Notes: generated by a model not told the origin, from the letters alone. A stretch of 64,000 nucleotides of DNA from an uncultured Methanosarcinales archaeon (GCA_964587045.1 CAZPJY010000002.1:1-64000); one strand, 5' to 3'; counted from the first letter of the stretch, positions 1 through 9,314 are shown. Made by a program: numbers and translations.

Positions 1-460
1 TCTTGCTGGTGGGCTCGCCTTTGGCGTAGGTCTGGTAGTAAACCTTGCCGTCCCGCCTGACCTCGACCTCCAACTCCTCAGAAAGCGCGCTGGTCACAGA
101 TATTCCGACGCCGTGAAGGCCTCCCGAAACCTTGTAGACCTTGGAGTCGAACTTTCCGCCGGCGTGCAGCTTGGTCATGACGACCTGGAGCGCCGGCACC
201 CTGAACTTGGGGTGCATGTCTACAGGGATCCCCCTGCCGTCATCCCTGACCGTGACCCTGCCGTCCTTGTGTATGATGACCTCGATCAGGGTGCAGTACC
301 CTGCGAGGGCCTCGTCGATTGCGTTGTCCACAGCCTCGTAGACCAGATGGTGGAATCCCCTGATGCCGGTGGAGCCGATGTACATGCTGGGCCGCTTCCT
401 GACAGCGTCCAATCCTGACAGCACTTGGATGTCCTCTGCTGAGTAACTTTTCTTGTCCAT
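1..460 (-). CDS. gyrB: DNA gyrase subunit B, N-terminal ATPase part (runs off the window)
   Basis: My translation from ATG 460 (not in the ORF track): [29 protein letters not shown]...[14 protein letters not shown]...DDGRGIP...LHAGGKF...[11 protein letters not shown], the GHKL/GyrB signature. Confidence 0.93.
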   Translation of the reverse strand, partial: MDKKSYSAEDIQVLSGLDAVRKRPSMYIGSTGIRGFHHLVYEAVDNAIDEALAGYCTLIEVIIHKDGRVTVRDDGRGIPVDMHPKFRVPALQVVMTKLHAGGKFDSKVYKVSGGLHGVGISVTSALSEELEVEVRRDGKVYYQTYAKGEPTSK

Positions 461-550
461 TGCAACCGATTCCTCGACTCAGAACTCACCTGATTTTCCC
501 GGCTTTATCCTCGATAAAACAGAAGTCCGCATACTATATAAATCTATCGT

Positions 551-1639
551 TCAACCCAGCGAGAATTTTGTGATCTTTACCTCGCCTGGCTTGACGCTGA
601 ACAGTATCTCATCCTTTTCCGTGAACTTGGTGAGGTTCGTTATCACCTCAGGCAGGAGTATCCTGTTGCCGCGCAGGTCCAGGTTGGTCAGTATCTCCTT
701 TGTGGCCATCTCCGTGCTCCTGATGCCCACCTCGTCCATGATCTTGCCGTGCTGGTCGTGCTTGTTGGCCTCAATGAAATCTTGGGTCCTCCTGGCGAGG
801 AACCTGGCTATCAGGTCGGCGACGTCCACCTTGGTCGCCTTGGTGATGCCCTGCAGTCCCGGCGACAGGTTGGCCTCCAGCACCATCGGGCCCCTTGGGG
901 TCTCCAGCAAGTCAACTCCGCAAATCTCAGCCCCGAGCGCCTCTGCGGTCTTGACTGCGATCTTTTTGGTCTGCGCGTCGAGCACCACCGGCTCCCCCCT
1001 GCCTCCGGCATGGATGTTGGCCCGCTGCTCTTGGCTTGATGCCACGCGCCTCATCGACGCGACGACCTCGTCCCCGACCACGATCGCGCGTATGTCTGTC
1101 CCGTCCGTGTCCATGAACTCCTGTATCAGGAAGGGCTGACGGAGAGAGTCCAGTGCGTCGAGCAGCGAGGATGCTGACGCGTATGAGTCTGCGAACATGA
1201 CCCCCCTACCTTGGGTGCCCTGCGGGAACTTGAGGACGATGGGGTAGTTGATGCGCTCAAGTATCTGCTTTGCTGCCTTGGGGCTGCTGGACACGTAGGT
1301 CGTGGGCATTGGGATGTTGTGCCTCTGCATGGCGAGGTGGGAGAGCAGCTTGTCGTGGACGGTTGTGAAAGCGGTGTGCTTGACCGGGAGGTAGCATGAG
1401 TTGTGGAGCAGCGAAGTTAGCGACCTCAGGAGGGGAGCGAAGCGGAATGAGCCCTTGACGTAGAAGCAGTCGTAATGGCTGATAGGCTTGCCGTCGTAGT
1501 AAATCTTGTACTTGTCCTGGCCGAGGCGGATCTCTATCTTCTTGATGTTCAGGGAGTGAACCTCATCGAAGTACTTGGTCATGGCCTCGTACGTCCATTC
1601 GGAGCTCAGGCTCCCCTGGCTTATTATCGCTGCTCTCAT
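551..1639 (-). CDS. rimK: RimK-family ATP-grasp alpha-L-glutamate ligase with C-terminal AbrB-like extension
   Basis: DKL..H..., YPIVLKFPQGTQGRGV, LIQEF, DIRAIVVG, RANIHAGG, CGVDLL, VLEANLSPGL. Confidence 0.88.
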   Translation of the reverse strand: MRAAIISQGSLSSEWTYEAMTKYFDEVHSLNIKKIEIRLGQDKYKIYYDGKPISHYDCFYVKGSFRFAPLLRSLTSLLHNSCYLPVKHTAFTTVHDKLLSHLAMQRHNIPMPTTYVSSSPKAAKQILERINYPIVLKFPQGTQGRGVMFADSYASASSLLDALDSLRQPFLIQEFMDTDGTDIRAIVVGDEVVASMRRVASSQEQRANIHAGGRGEPVVLDAQTKKIAVKTAEALGAEICGVDLLETPRGPMVLEANLSPGLQGITKATKVDVADLIARFLARRTQDFIEANKHDQHGKIMDEVGIRSTEMATKEILTNLDLRGNRILLPEVITNLTKFTEKDEILFSVKPGEVKITKFSLG

Positions 1640-1971
1640 TTTTCGTTTGGGTCAATAAAAAATCCTCTCCTGAGGATGTTTTTTCCTATGAGCACCCTGT
1701 ATTTCATCCCTTGCCTGTCTGCCAGGCTGAACTCGACTCGCATCCTCTTCCTGTGGATGACCACATCTGTCCTGACTATCCTCCTTTTCTTCCGGCCGTT
1801 CGCTGACCTGATCATGGTGCTACGTACAGGAGGCCCTATCTTGAGGGACTTGGCGAGCTTCTCATCTATAGAACTAACATCAGCGCCAGTGTCAATCTTA
1901 GCGACGTATTTCTTGCGTTTGCCGCTGCTGATAAAAGTCACATTCTCAGTCAAGCCGATGACTGTTCTCAT
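1636..1971 (-). CDS. RimK-associated retropepsin-like (RimB / 'ATP-dependent Zn protease') protein
   Basis: IGLTE, AKIDTGADVSSID, EFSLADR..MKYRVLIG; stop overlaps the rimK start. Confidence 0.88.
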   Translation of the reverse strand: MRTVIGLTENVTFISSGKRKKYVAKIDTGADVSSIDEKLAKSLKIGPPVRSTMIRSANGRKKRRIVRTDVVIHRKRMRVEFSLADRQGMKYRVLIGKNILRRGFFIDPNEK

Positions 1972-2099
1972 CGGTCCTTGAGAATGCAGCTTGATTTATA
2001 AACATTGTGCTGCCTGGCCTGTTTTAAATCAGCGCCTTATATTCTCCTTACCTTAATGGCAAAGGATTATACTTTTCCGCTGCCACCCCGCTTCCGGTG

Positions 2100-2567
2100 A
2101 TGGAAATGATTGCGAACAAGGACCTTGAAATCATATCTCACCTGCGGAGGAACGCGAGACAGAAACTGACCCTGCTCTCGAGGAAGACGAAAATCCCAGT
2201 GAGCACGATTTACGACAAGATAAAGAGCCACGAGGAGGGCCTGATCGTCGGCCACACCAGCCTGATCAACTTCGCAGTGCTGGGATTCGCAACTCGTGCG
2301 AACATAACAATCAAGGTGCCAAGGGAGGTGCGGGACGAGGTGAAGACCTACCTGTCAAAGCACCAGAACATCAACTCGCTCTTCAAGATCAACAACGGCT
2401 TCGATTTTCTAATGGAGGGGATATTCCGCCACATCAAGGACCTAGAGGATTTCTTGGAGGCCTTGGAGGCCAAGTTCAAGGTCCAGGATAAGAGGGTATA
2501 CTACATAATTGAGGACCTGAAAAGGGAAGCCTTCCTGTCGCAGCCCGATTTGCTCAAGATAGTCTGA
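2100..2567 (+). CDS. Lrp/AsnC family transcriptional regulator
   Basis: DLEIISHLRRNARQKLT..S HTH plus C-terminal RAM-like domain; start could be 2097, 2100 or 2106. Confidence 0.85.
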   Translation: MEMIANKDLEIISHLRRNARQKLTLLSRKTKIPVSTIYDKIKSHEEGLIVGHTSLINFAVLGFATRANITIKVPREVRDEVKTYLSKHQNINSLFKINNGFDFLMEGIFRHIKDLEDFLEALEAKFKVQDKRVYYIIEDLKREAFLSQPDLLKIV

Positions 2568-4037
2568 TTACTTCTTCCTCATGGTAGGGAAGAGGATCAC
2601 GTCTCTGATGGTTGCGCTGTCGGTCAGCAGCATGACTATGCGGTCCACCCCCAGCCCGACGCCGCTCGTCGGAGGCATGCCCTGTTCGATGGACTCTAAG
2701 AAGTCCTCATCCATGGGGTGGGCCTCCTCGTCGCCTCCCCTGCCCAGCTCAGCCTGCTCCTCGAGGAACTTGCGCTGGAGTATCGGGTCGTTTAGTTCTG
2801 AGTAGGCGTTTCCCACCTCCCAGCCGTTGATGTAGGCCTCGAACCTCTCCACGAACCTCTCGTCGCCTCCGCGGTGGGGCTTGGCGAGCGGCGTGCTCTC
2901 GACAGGGTAGTCCATGATGAAGGTGGGCTGGATGAGGTGCTCTTCGCACTTGGCCTCGAAGATGGCCATCACCAGCATGCCCCAGTTGGACTGCTCGTAC
3001 TCGATACCGTTCTTGTCGCAGTAGTCCAATAGATCCTCGCGGGACATCCCAAGCACGTCAAGCTCGGTGTACTTCTTGATGGCGTCGGTCACCTTCAGTC
3101 TCTTCCAGGGAGACTTGAGTTCGATCTCGGTGCCTTGGTATTTGATCTTGGTCCTTCCGAGGACGTCCTTTGTGGCGTTGCTCACCACGTCCTCGAAATT
3201 GCGCATGCCCTCCTCATAATCCCCGTATGCCTGGTACCATTCGACCTGCGTGAACTCCGGATTGTGTGTGCGGTCTATGCCTTCGTTTCGGAAGTCCTTG
3301 ACGAACTCGTACACCCTCTCGAAACCTCCGACGAGGAGCCTCTTGAGGTAGAGCTCGTTTGAGATTCTCAGGTACAAGGTCATGTCCAGCGCGTTGTGCT
3401 TGGTGACGAAGGGCTTTGCGTTCGCTCCGCCGTATATTGGCTGCAGCACAGGGGTTTCCACCTCGAGGAAGCCTTTGCCGTCTAGCGTGCGTCTCATTGA
3501 CTGTATGATTCTGCTGCGGATCCTGAAGGTCTCCCTGATCTCAGGGTTCATAATCAGGTCCAAGTAGCGCTTGCGGTACCTCATCTCGGTGTCCTTGATG
3601 CCGTGGAACTTCTCAGGCAGGGGGCGAATCGATTTGCACAGAATTGTGACCGACGAGGCGTAGACTGATATCTCACCGGTCTTGGTGGTAAATACCGTGC
3701 CCTCGACCCCTATGTAGTCCCCCAGGTCCACCTTCTTCCAGATAGAATAAGCCTTCTCGCCCACGTCGTCCTGCCGGACGTACACCTGTATCCTGCCAGT
3801 GCTGTCCATTATGTGCGAGAAGCTTGCCTTGCCCATCCTCCGCAGGTTGGTGACCCTGCCTGCGACTGAGACCTTCTTTTTCGTCTTGGTCTCCTTCTTG
3901 AGGTTCTTGTTCTCCTCAAGAATGGTAGCAGCGTGGTGGGTAACTCTGAACTCGTATGGGTAGGGGTTTGCCCCCAGTTCCCTGAGCTCGCTTATCTTCT
4001 TGATTCTTTCAGCGATTAGCCTGTGGTCCGGTTCCAT
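2568..4037 (-). CDS. lysS: Lysyl-tRNA synthetase, class II
   Basis: OB fold (VAGRV..R.MGKASF), RYRKRYLDL, FLEVETP, FRNEGIDRTHNPEFT, GLGVDR; start moved to ATG 4037. Confidence 0.96.
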   Translation of the reverse strand: MEPDHRLIAERIKKISELRELGANPYPYEFRVTHHAATILEENKNLKKETKTKKKVSVAGRVTNLRRMGKASFSHIMDSTGRIQVYVRQDDVGEKAYSIWKKVDLGDYIGVEGTVFTTKTGEISVYASSVTILCKSIRPLPEKFHGIKDTEMRYRKRYLDLIMNPEIRETFRIRSRIIQSMRRTLDGKGFLEVETPVLQPIYGGANAKPFVTKHNALDMTLYLRISNELYLKRLLVGGFERVYEFVKDFRNEGIDRTHNPEFTQVEWYQAYGDYEEGMRNFEDVVSNATKDVLGRTKIKYQGTEIELKSPWKRLKVTDAIKKYTELDVLGMSREDLLDYCDKNGIEYEQSNWGMLVMAIFEAKCEEHLIQPTFIMDYPVESTPLAKPHRGGDERFVERFEAYINGWEVGNAYSELNDPILQRKFLEEQAELGRGGDEEAHPMDEDFLESIEQGMPPTSGVGLGVDRIVMLLTDSATIRDVILFPTMRKK

Positions 4038-4069
4038 ATTGGTGTGTAAGAAGCATTTGTATTTATTAT

Positions 4070-5053
4070 TTACTTCATTACGTTCCAAATGAGGTACGCG
4101 AAGATGCCTATCAGGTCCCTGAGGAAGATGCTGACGAATTCGAGCAGCATCAGTGTCGTGATGGCAGTGATGTAGGGGAACGCCTTCCTGAAGTAGTCGA
4201 TTATGCGGAGGGCCGTGTTGATCTGGCCCTGGTTGGCGGACAGCCCGCCCCTCATGATCTCGTCGTCTGCGGCCTCCTTGGCCTGGTTCGTCAGCTCCTC
4301 AAGGCTGGAGTTGATGGCAAACAGGCAGTTGATCTGCTCAGGGCCTGAGAGGTCGCTGTTCTGCGCAAGACTCAATATGAGTGACGTCCCCACCATGTCG
4401 ATCATGTGGTGCGTCGCCTCTTTTTGGTGCTCGAGCATCGCCTCGTTCATGCTGGAGATGTCCTCCACTGATATGCCGATGCTCGACTGGAAGAGCGAGT
4501 CAAGCTCCTTTTCGGCAAGCAGGGGATTGTTCAGCGAGAAGAGGAAGAGCGCGATTGCGGCAGCAATGTTAAAAATCCTGAGGCCTGTGGTCAACGAGTG
4601 CGTGCTTATCACGTAAGGCTTGACCTTGATGTATGTATGTTCTGCCACTGTGACCTTCCATGAGGCTGCGATGAGACCGATTATCATCCCCGCGAAGATG
4701 AGCAGGGTTATGACAGACAAGCCGAGCAGGCCCAGGGTTCCTCCTGCGAAAAGTAGTATTGCTATTATCGGAGGCCAGTCGAGCTTCTTTTCGAGGAACA
4801 GGTACACCATCAGCATCGAGATGCCGAATGCTAGCAGGAGTAATCCGCCCAGTAGCGGCCAAAGGGAGATGCTGCTGTCCCCCCTGGATATCCCGATGAA
4901 GACGCTGAACGGTTCTGTGAAGATATGGTAGTCCAGCTTAGATATCATGAGGAGAACGACGCCCCCAATTGAGAAAAGCAGGAAGCCTATAACCATCGCG
5001 ATGCGCAGGGACCGCGGAGATTCCTGATTATCTGTCACCTCTTTTTCTGGCAT
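4070..5053 (-). CDS. Multi-pass membrane protein, unknown function
   Basis: About 6 hydrophobic segments plus a soluble loop. Confidence 0.7.
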   Translation of the reverse strand: MPEKEVTDNQESPRSLRIAMVIGFLLFSIGGVVLLMISKLDYHIFTEPFSVFIGISRGDSSISLWPLLGGLLLLAFGISMLMVYLFLEKKLDWPPIIAILLFAGGTLGLLGLSVITLLIFAGMIIGLIAASWKVTVAEHTYIKVKPYVISTHSLTTGLRIFNIAAAIALFLFSLNNPLLAEKELDSLFQSSIGISVEDISSMNEAMLEHQKEATHHMIDMVGTSLILSLAQNSDLSGPEQINCLFAINSSLEELTNQAKEAADDEIMRGGLSANQGQINTALRIIDYFRKAFPYITAITTLMLLEFVSIFLRDLIGIFAYLIWNVMK

Positions 5054-5088
5054 CAGAATCAGATTGCGCAACGGAGCTATATAAAACT

Positions 5089-5433
5089 TTACATCATGCC
5101 CAGGCTGCCTGTAACCCCATCAATCTTTTCCTCAAGGTCAGGCCCAATCCCGACGCAGGTCTTGGTGCCTGGAGCTATCACAGTCTTTCCCGCATCTGTG
5201 ATCAATGCGGTCTTGAGACCCGCGTCCTTTGCTCTCGTCATGACCTCAAGCATCTCCTTTTCGCCAGCGACCTTCAAGACCACCTTCTTCATGCCGGCCT
5301 GCCTCCACACCTTGACCAGCGACGCGTCGGACCTCAAGAGGGCTTCTGCCGACGCGTGCGCTACCTGGGCTGCCATCTTGCCCTTGGGCAGTTTGAGGTC
5401 CTGTCTTACCACGATGACTTGCTTGAGCTCCAT
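5089..5433 (-). CDS. pth2: Peptidyl-tRNA hydrolase 2
   Basis: KQVIVVRQDLKLPKGKMAAQVAHA, DAGKT..APGT.TCVGIGP. Confidence 0.95.
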   Translation of the reverse strand: MELKQVIVVRQDLKLPKGKMAAQVAHASAEALLRSDASLVKVWRQAGMKKVVLKVAGEKEMLEVMTRAKDAGLKTALITDAGKTVIAPGTKTCVGIGPDLEEKIDGVTGSLGMM

Positions 5434-5494
5434 GAGTCGTTCTGTGTGCTTAGCAGCTATTTAATCCTTTGTGGATAAATTTATAAACCGGTGA

Positions 5495-6412
5495 ATGTAT
5501 CTCGAAGGCAGAGGGACAACATTGTTTGAAGAAGAGAAGATACGTTTCAGCAAACCAAATGTCCCCCTGCTGAGGGGGAAGGGTTATTCTTGCGTCGACA
5601 TGCATTTTCACACCCGTTATTCTGACGGTTCCTCGCGCGTCGACACCGTAAAGAAGAAGCTGAAAAAGCGGCAGATTGGTGTGGCGATAACCGACCACAA
5701 CGAGATCAAGGGCTCGGTGAAGCTCATCAGGAGCAACGGAAAGCTGCTGGTGATTCCGGGAATAGAGCTCTCGAGCAGCGAAGGGAGCCATTACCTCTTC
5801 TATTTCAATAATGTGGGTGATATGCAGCACTTCTACAAGTCTCATATCATCCCGGCCAAGGACATCCACCCTCATTTCGCGCTGAAGATTTCGACCGATG
5901 AACTACTTGACCTTGCGCAAGACTACAACTGCTTGACATCTGTCGCACACCCGTACCTGCCCAACTTCTTCGGCGTCCTCAAGAACATCAGGCGCGGATA
6001 TGTATCAAAGGATGTTATAAAACGGTTCGATGCAGTCGAGGTCATCAACGGCAACCTCCTGGAGAAGATGAACCTCAAATCGGTCAAGATGGCGTACGAC
6101 CTCAACAAGTCGTACACAGGCGGCACTGATGGTCATGTCACCAGGGCTCTTGGCAAGGTCCTGACCTGCGCACACGCCGAGACTCCTGAGGCGTTCCTGG
6201 ATGAGATCAGGAGGAAGAGGAACATCGTCGTCGGTAAGGAGAGCATGCTTATAAGCAAGACCTGGCCGACTGTTCTTGCGACAAGGCACAACCTACGCCA
6301 TCAATTCAACGGCTACTGGCACTACAAGGCCAAGCACTGGAACGAGCGTTTTGTCAAGTACCACGCGCGTCAGATCAGGGAGACTCTCTCGGCGCTAAAA
6401 GAGAAAATTTAA
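5495..6412 (+). CDS. PHP-domain metal-dependent phosphoesterase
   Basis: DMHFHTRYSDG, AITDHN, PGIE, AHPY, GGTDGH. Confidence 0.88.
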   Translation: MYLEGRGTTLFEEEKIRFSKPNVPLLRGKGYSCVDMHFHTRYSDGSSRVDTVKKKLKKRQIGVAITDHNEIKGSVKLIRSNGKLLVIPGIELSSSEGSHYLFYFNNVGDMQHFYKSHIIPAKDIHPHFALKISTDELLDLAQDYNCLTSVAHPYLPNFFGVLKNIRRGYVSKDVIKRFDAVEVINGNLLEKMNLKSVKMAYDLNKSYTGGTDGHVTRALGKVLTCAHAETPEAFLDEIRRKRNIVVGKESMLISKTWPTVLATRHNLRHQFNGYWHYKAKHWNERFVKYHARQIRETLSALKEKI

Positions 6413-6445
6413 TATTGCTCGCTTCTCTCCTCTGCAATCAAGCGA

Positions 6446-6519
6446 GCCCCTGTAGTCTAGTTTGGATAGGACGCCAGCTTGCGGAGCTAGTAACCCGGGT
6501 TCAAATCCCGGCAGGGGCA
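6446..6519 (+). tRNA. tRNA-Arg(GCG)
   Basis: GCCCCTG/CAGGGGC acceptor stem, anticodon loop TTGCGGA, T arm CCGGG-TTCAAAT-CCCGG; one C.A mismatch in the anticodon stem. Confidence 0.93.
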
Positions 6520-6658
6520 TTCTAGTATACATCAAAGCTCCAGGATTAGACTAATATACAAAAATATATAATAGATTATATGCGTTCCAAAGGATAGTTA
6601 GCACAAAATAGTAAAGTTTAATAAAGAGTAGGTCTCTCTTTTTGTGGGAGGGTGGTTA

Positions 6659-6937
6659 ATGAAAAAGGATGAAATCTTTAATGTCTTCTTTCGAGAAAAG
6701 CCTGCCTCGATGCTGGTCGAGCTCAAGAACGCAAAAGGCGAAATGTACGCGTCATCCCTCGCAAAAACCGTCGACTGCACTTATTCCCATGTCGTAAAAA
6801 TCCTGCAGGAGATGGAAAAGTCCAACCTGGTAAACTTCGACAAGCAGGGACGGCTGAAACTTCTGACCCTTACCAAGAACGGATCTGATGTCGCTGATCA
6901 CATTGAGCGGATCAGGAACCTCCTAAACAAGCGCTAA
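6659..6937 (+). CDS. Winged-helix (MarR-like) DNA-binding protein
   Basis: YASSLAKTVDCTYSHVVKIL...KQGRLKLLTLT.NG; strong SD GGGAGGGTGG before ATG 6659. Confidence 0.82.
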   Translation: MKKDEIFNVFFREKPASMLVELKNAKGEMYASSLAKTVDCTYSHVVKILQEMEKSNLVNFDKQGRLKLLTLTKNGSDVADHIERIRNLLNKR

Positions 6938-7224
6938 GGCACGACGCCAAACTCTTCATGTCCCTTGTAAATTATCTTGGTGAATTGAGAATAAAGCTCC
7001 ATGTCACTTGACTTCAATTCCTTGAAAGTGGTGTGCTCGTTTATGTCATATATTCCCCCTTTCAAAATATCGATTTTCCATGCCCCGAGGAGCCCATTGA
7101 TGGACCTCCGGCTGTGGTTTGTTTTCGCGTCCGGTGGAAGCATTTCTAATTCGAGGGAGAACATTGAAATCGTATTGCACACCGTTTGGTTGTCAATAAG
7201 GTCGCATAGCTCATCATATTCCAT
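6934..7224 (-). CDS. Hypothetical protein
   Basis: 96-aa ORF filling the gap, with an upstream TTTATA. Confidence 0.55.
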   Translation of the reverse strand: MEYDELCDLIDNQTVCNTISMFSLELEMLPPDAKTNHSRRSINGLLGAWKIDILKGGIYDINEHTTFKELKSSDMELYSQFTKIIYKGHEEFGVVP

Positions 7225-7257
7225 AAAGAAAAGGGGAAAATAGGTAAAATATAAAGC

Positions 7258-7713
7258 TTATTCAATGAAGAGCTTGATTCTCTCAGGGTCGAACTTCCAG
7301 GCCTTGTCCAGTTTTCCGTTCTCCTTGTAGTACCAAACCAGCCTCTTGATCTTCGACTCAGTGAGCTGCAGGCCGCGAAGAGCGGTCCTGTCGCCCTTGT
7401 TGAGCTCGAGGTGCTTCTTTATCAGGACGTCCTTCCTCATCAGCGCCATCAGGTCTTCGGGCACCTCTCCAATGAGCTTCTTCTCCGCAAGGATTGAAGT
7501 GATTCTCTTCTTGGTGAGGGCCTTGGTGCTCGGGATGCCGTAGGTATCCCTTAGGGCGAGGCCTATCTGCGAAGCGGACTTGCCTTCCTTTGCGAGCTTG
7601 ACGACAAGCATCTCTATCTCTTTTGTCTTGTACCTGCTCCAGCTCGGGGCTGTCTTCTTGACCGGCTTGGTGCTTCCGGCCTTACCTTTCTTCCTTGAAT
7701 GCATTCGTGCCAT
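7258..7713 (-). CDS. rps15: 30S ribosomal protein uS15 (archaeal S15P/S13e)
   Basis: MARMHSRKKGKAGS, SQIGLALRDTYGIP, PEDL..L, LQLTESKIKRL..YYK. Confidence 0.97.
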   Translation of the reverse strand: MARMHSRKKGKAGSTKPVKKTAPSWSRYKTKEIEMLVVKLAKEGKSASQIGLALRDTYGIPSTKALTKKRITSILAEKKLIGEVPEDLMALMRKDVLIKKHLELNKGDRTALRGLQLTESKIKRLVWYYKENGKLDKAWKFDPERIKLFIE

Positions 7714-7819
7714 TTTCTAGTGCCTCAGGAAACAAAGAATCAGACTTTGTCTCCAGCATGGGCAAGCCGAAACCGGCCCATCTCTCGAACGAAGGTGGGA
7801 AACGCTCAGGGTTTATAAA
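7714..7819 (-). promoter_or_regulatory. rps15 promoter and structured 5' leader (candidate r-protein leader)
   Basis: TATA TTTATAAA 7812-7819; hairpins ATGGGC..GCCCAT (7758-7781) and GGAGACAAAG/CTTTGTTTCC (7728-7754). Confidence 0.55.
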
Positions 7820-7822
7820 TTT

Positions 7823-9133
7823 TTAGATGAAAAACTTCTTCCTCCGTTCCATCGCGAACGGGTAGAATCCCTTCGGGACGGTCGTGATGAAACCACCGCC
7901 GTACAGTGTCACTGATTTAGCCCCATAGCGGGCTGCGTCCTTATTGGCGTCGACCCCAATCTCGGTTTCAGGTGGGATGGAGTTCTCCTTGTCGATTATC
8001 GCGTTTTGTATCTTGCAGTGCCTGCCTATCTCGGTGTTCTCGAAGACGAGGGAGTCATCTATTGTGGTGTAACTGTTCACCCTGACATTCCTCGATATGA
8101 TGCTATGCCTAACAAGGGCACCGCTGATGATTGAGCCTTCGCCGGTCATGGACTGGATGACGTCCCCTCTACGCCCTTCTTCATCATGTACCGTCTTCGC
8201 AGGTGGCAGCCCTTCTACCTCATTCGTGATGATCTTCCACTGCTTGTTGTACAGGTTGAACACAGGTTCTGCTGAGATGAAATCCATGTTGGCATCATAA
8301 TATGCGCCGATGGTGCCCACGTCACGCCAATAACCTCTCTCCCTCTCAGTCATACCAGGCACATTATTCAATGAGAAGTCGTACCCGTAGACCTTCTTGT
8401 TGTTCTTTATCATCCATGGGATGATGTTCTTGCCGAAATCATGTTCAGTTTTCCCCTTGCCTTTCCCGTATGCCTTGCGGCTGTCGACCTCCAGAGCTTC
8501 CATCATCGGGTCAGTCTTGAAGGAGTAGATGCCCATGCTAGCGAGCACGCGTGTAGGATCGCCTGGGATAGTGTGTGCTTCCTCGGGCCTGGGCTTTTCC
8601 TGGAATCCGTTTATCAGCCCTTCACGGTCGATCACCGCGACTCCGAAATGATGGGATTCCTCCCTTATGACGGGTATGAGACCTATGGTGATGTCAGCAT
8701 CTGTCTCCTTGTGGCGGTCCATCACCTGGCCGATGTGCATCTTGTAGATGTGGTCGCCTGCCGCGATGAAGACATGTTCTGGGTTGAAATCCTCGATATG
8801 GTTTCTGTTGTGCCAGATGGCGTTCGCAGTACCTGTGTACCAGTCGCCCGCCTTACTCATCTGGGCTGGCACCACATCGATGAACTCATCGAGGCTCCGG
8901 CTCAGCTTATTGGCCCAGGTCGAGGGTATGTGCCGCCCCAACGATTCTGATTTATACTGCGTAAGCACTTTGATCTGCCTGAAGCCCGAATTGACCAAAT
9001 TACTTAGGGGTATATCGATAAGGCGGAACTTCCCTGCAAGTGGGACTGAGGGTTTGCTCCGCATTTTCGTGAGGGGATAGAGCCTCGAGCCCTCCCCTCC
9101 TGCTAAGACATATGACAGGTTCTTTATTATCAT
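7823..9133 (-). CDS. glgC: Glucose-1-phosphate adenylyltransferase (ADP-glucose pyrophosphorylase)
   Basis: LAGGEGSRLYPLT..RSKPSVP, WYTGTANA, GDHIYKM, FQEKP, ASMGIYSF, HDFGKNIIP, YWRDVGT; left-handed beta-helix C-terminus. Confidence 0.95.
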   Translation of the reverse strand: MIIKNLSYVLAGGEGSRLYPLTKMRSKPSVPLAGKFRLIDIPLSNLVNSGFRQIKVLTQYKSESLGRHIPSTWANKLSRSLDEFIDVVPAQMSKAGDWYTGTANAIWHNRNHIEDFNPEHVFIAAGDHIYKMHIGQVMDRHKETDADITIGLIPVIREESHHFGVAVIDREGLINGFQEKPRPEEAHTIPGDPTRVLASMGIYSFKTDPMMEALEVDSRKAYGKGKGKTEHDFGKNIIPWMIKNNKKVYGYDFSLNNVPGMTERERGYWRDVGTIGAYYDANMDFISAEPVFNLYNKQWKIITNEVEGLPPAKTVHDEEGRRGDVIQSMTGEGSIISGALVRHSIISRNVRVNSYTTIDDSLVFENTEIGRHCKIQNAIIDKENSIPPETEIGVDANKDAARYGAKSVTLYGGGFITTVPKGFYPFAMERRKKFFI

Positions 9134-9241
9134 GTTCTCACCTCAGATACCCCTTTGGAGTGACAATTAATTTATAAATTTATGTTATATTTATCAAATG
9201 ATAAGCTTTATATTCCATTTTCCTTCTCCTTATACATATCC

Positions 9242-9314
9242 GGGCTCGTGGTCTAGTGGCTATGACACCACCTTCACACGGTGGGGGTCGCCGGTTCAAG
9301 TCCGGCCGGGCCCA
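9242..9314 (+). tRNA. tRNA-Val(CAC)
   Basis: GGGCTCG/CGGGCCC acceptor, CCACC-TTCACAC-GGTGG anticodon arm, GCCGG-TTCAAGT-CCGGC T arm. Confidence 0.94.

Noticed and set aside
113..1139. Plus-strand ORFs of 101 and 228 aa
   Set aside because: Antisense shadows of gyrB and rimK, produced by GC3-rich codon usage.
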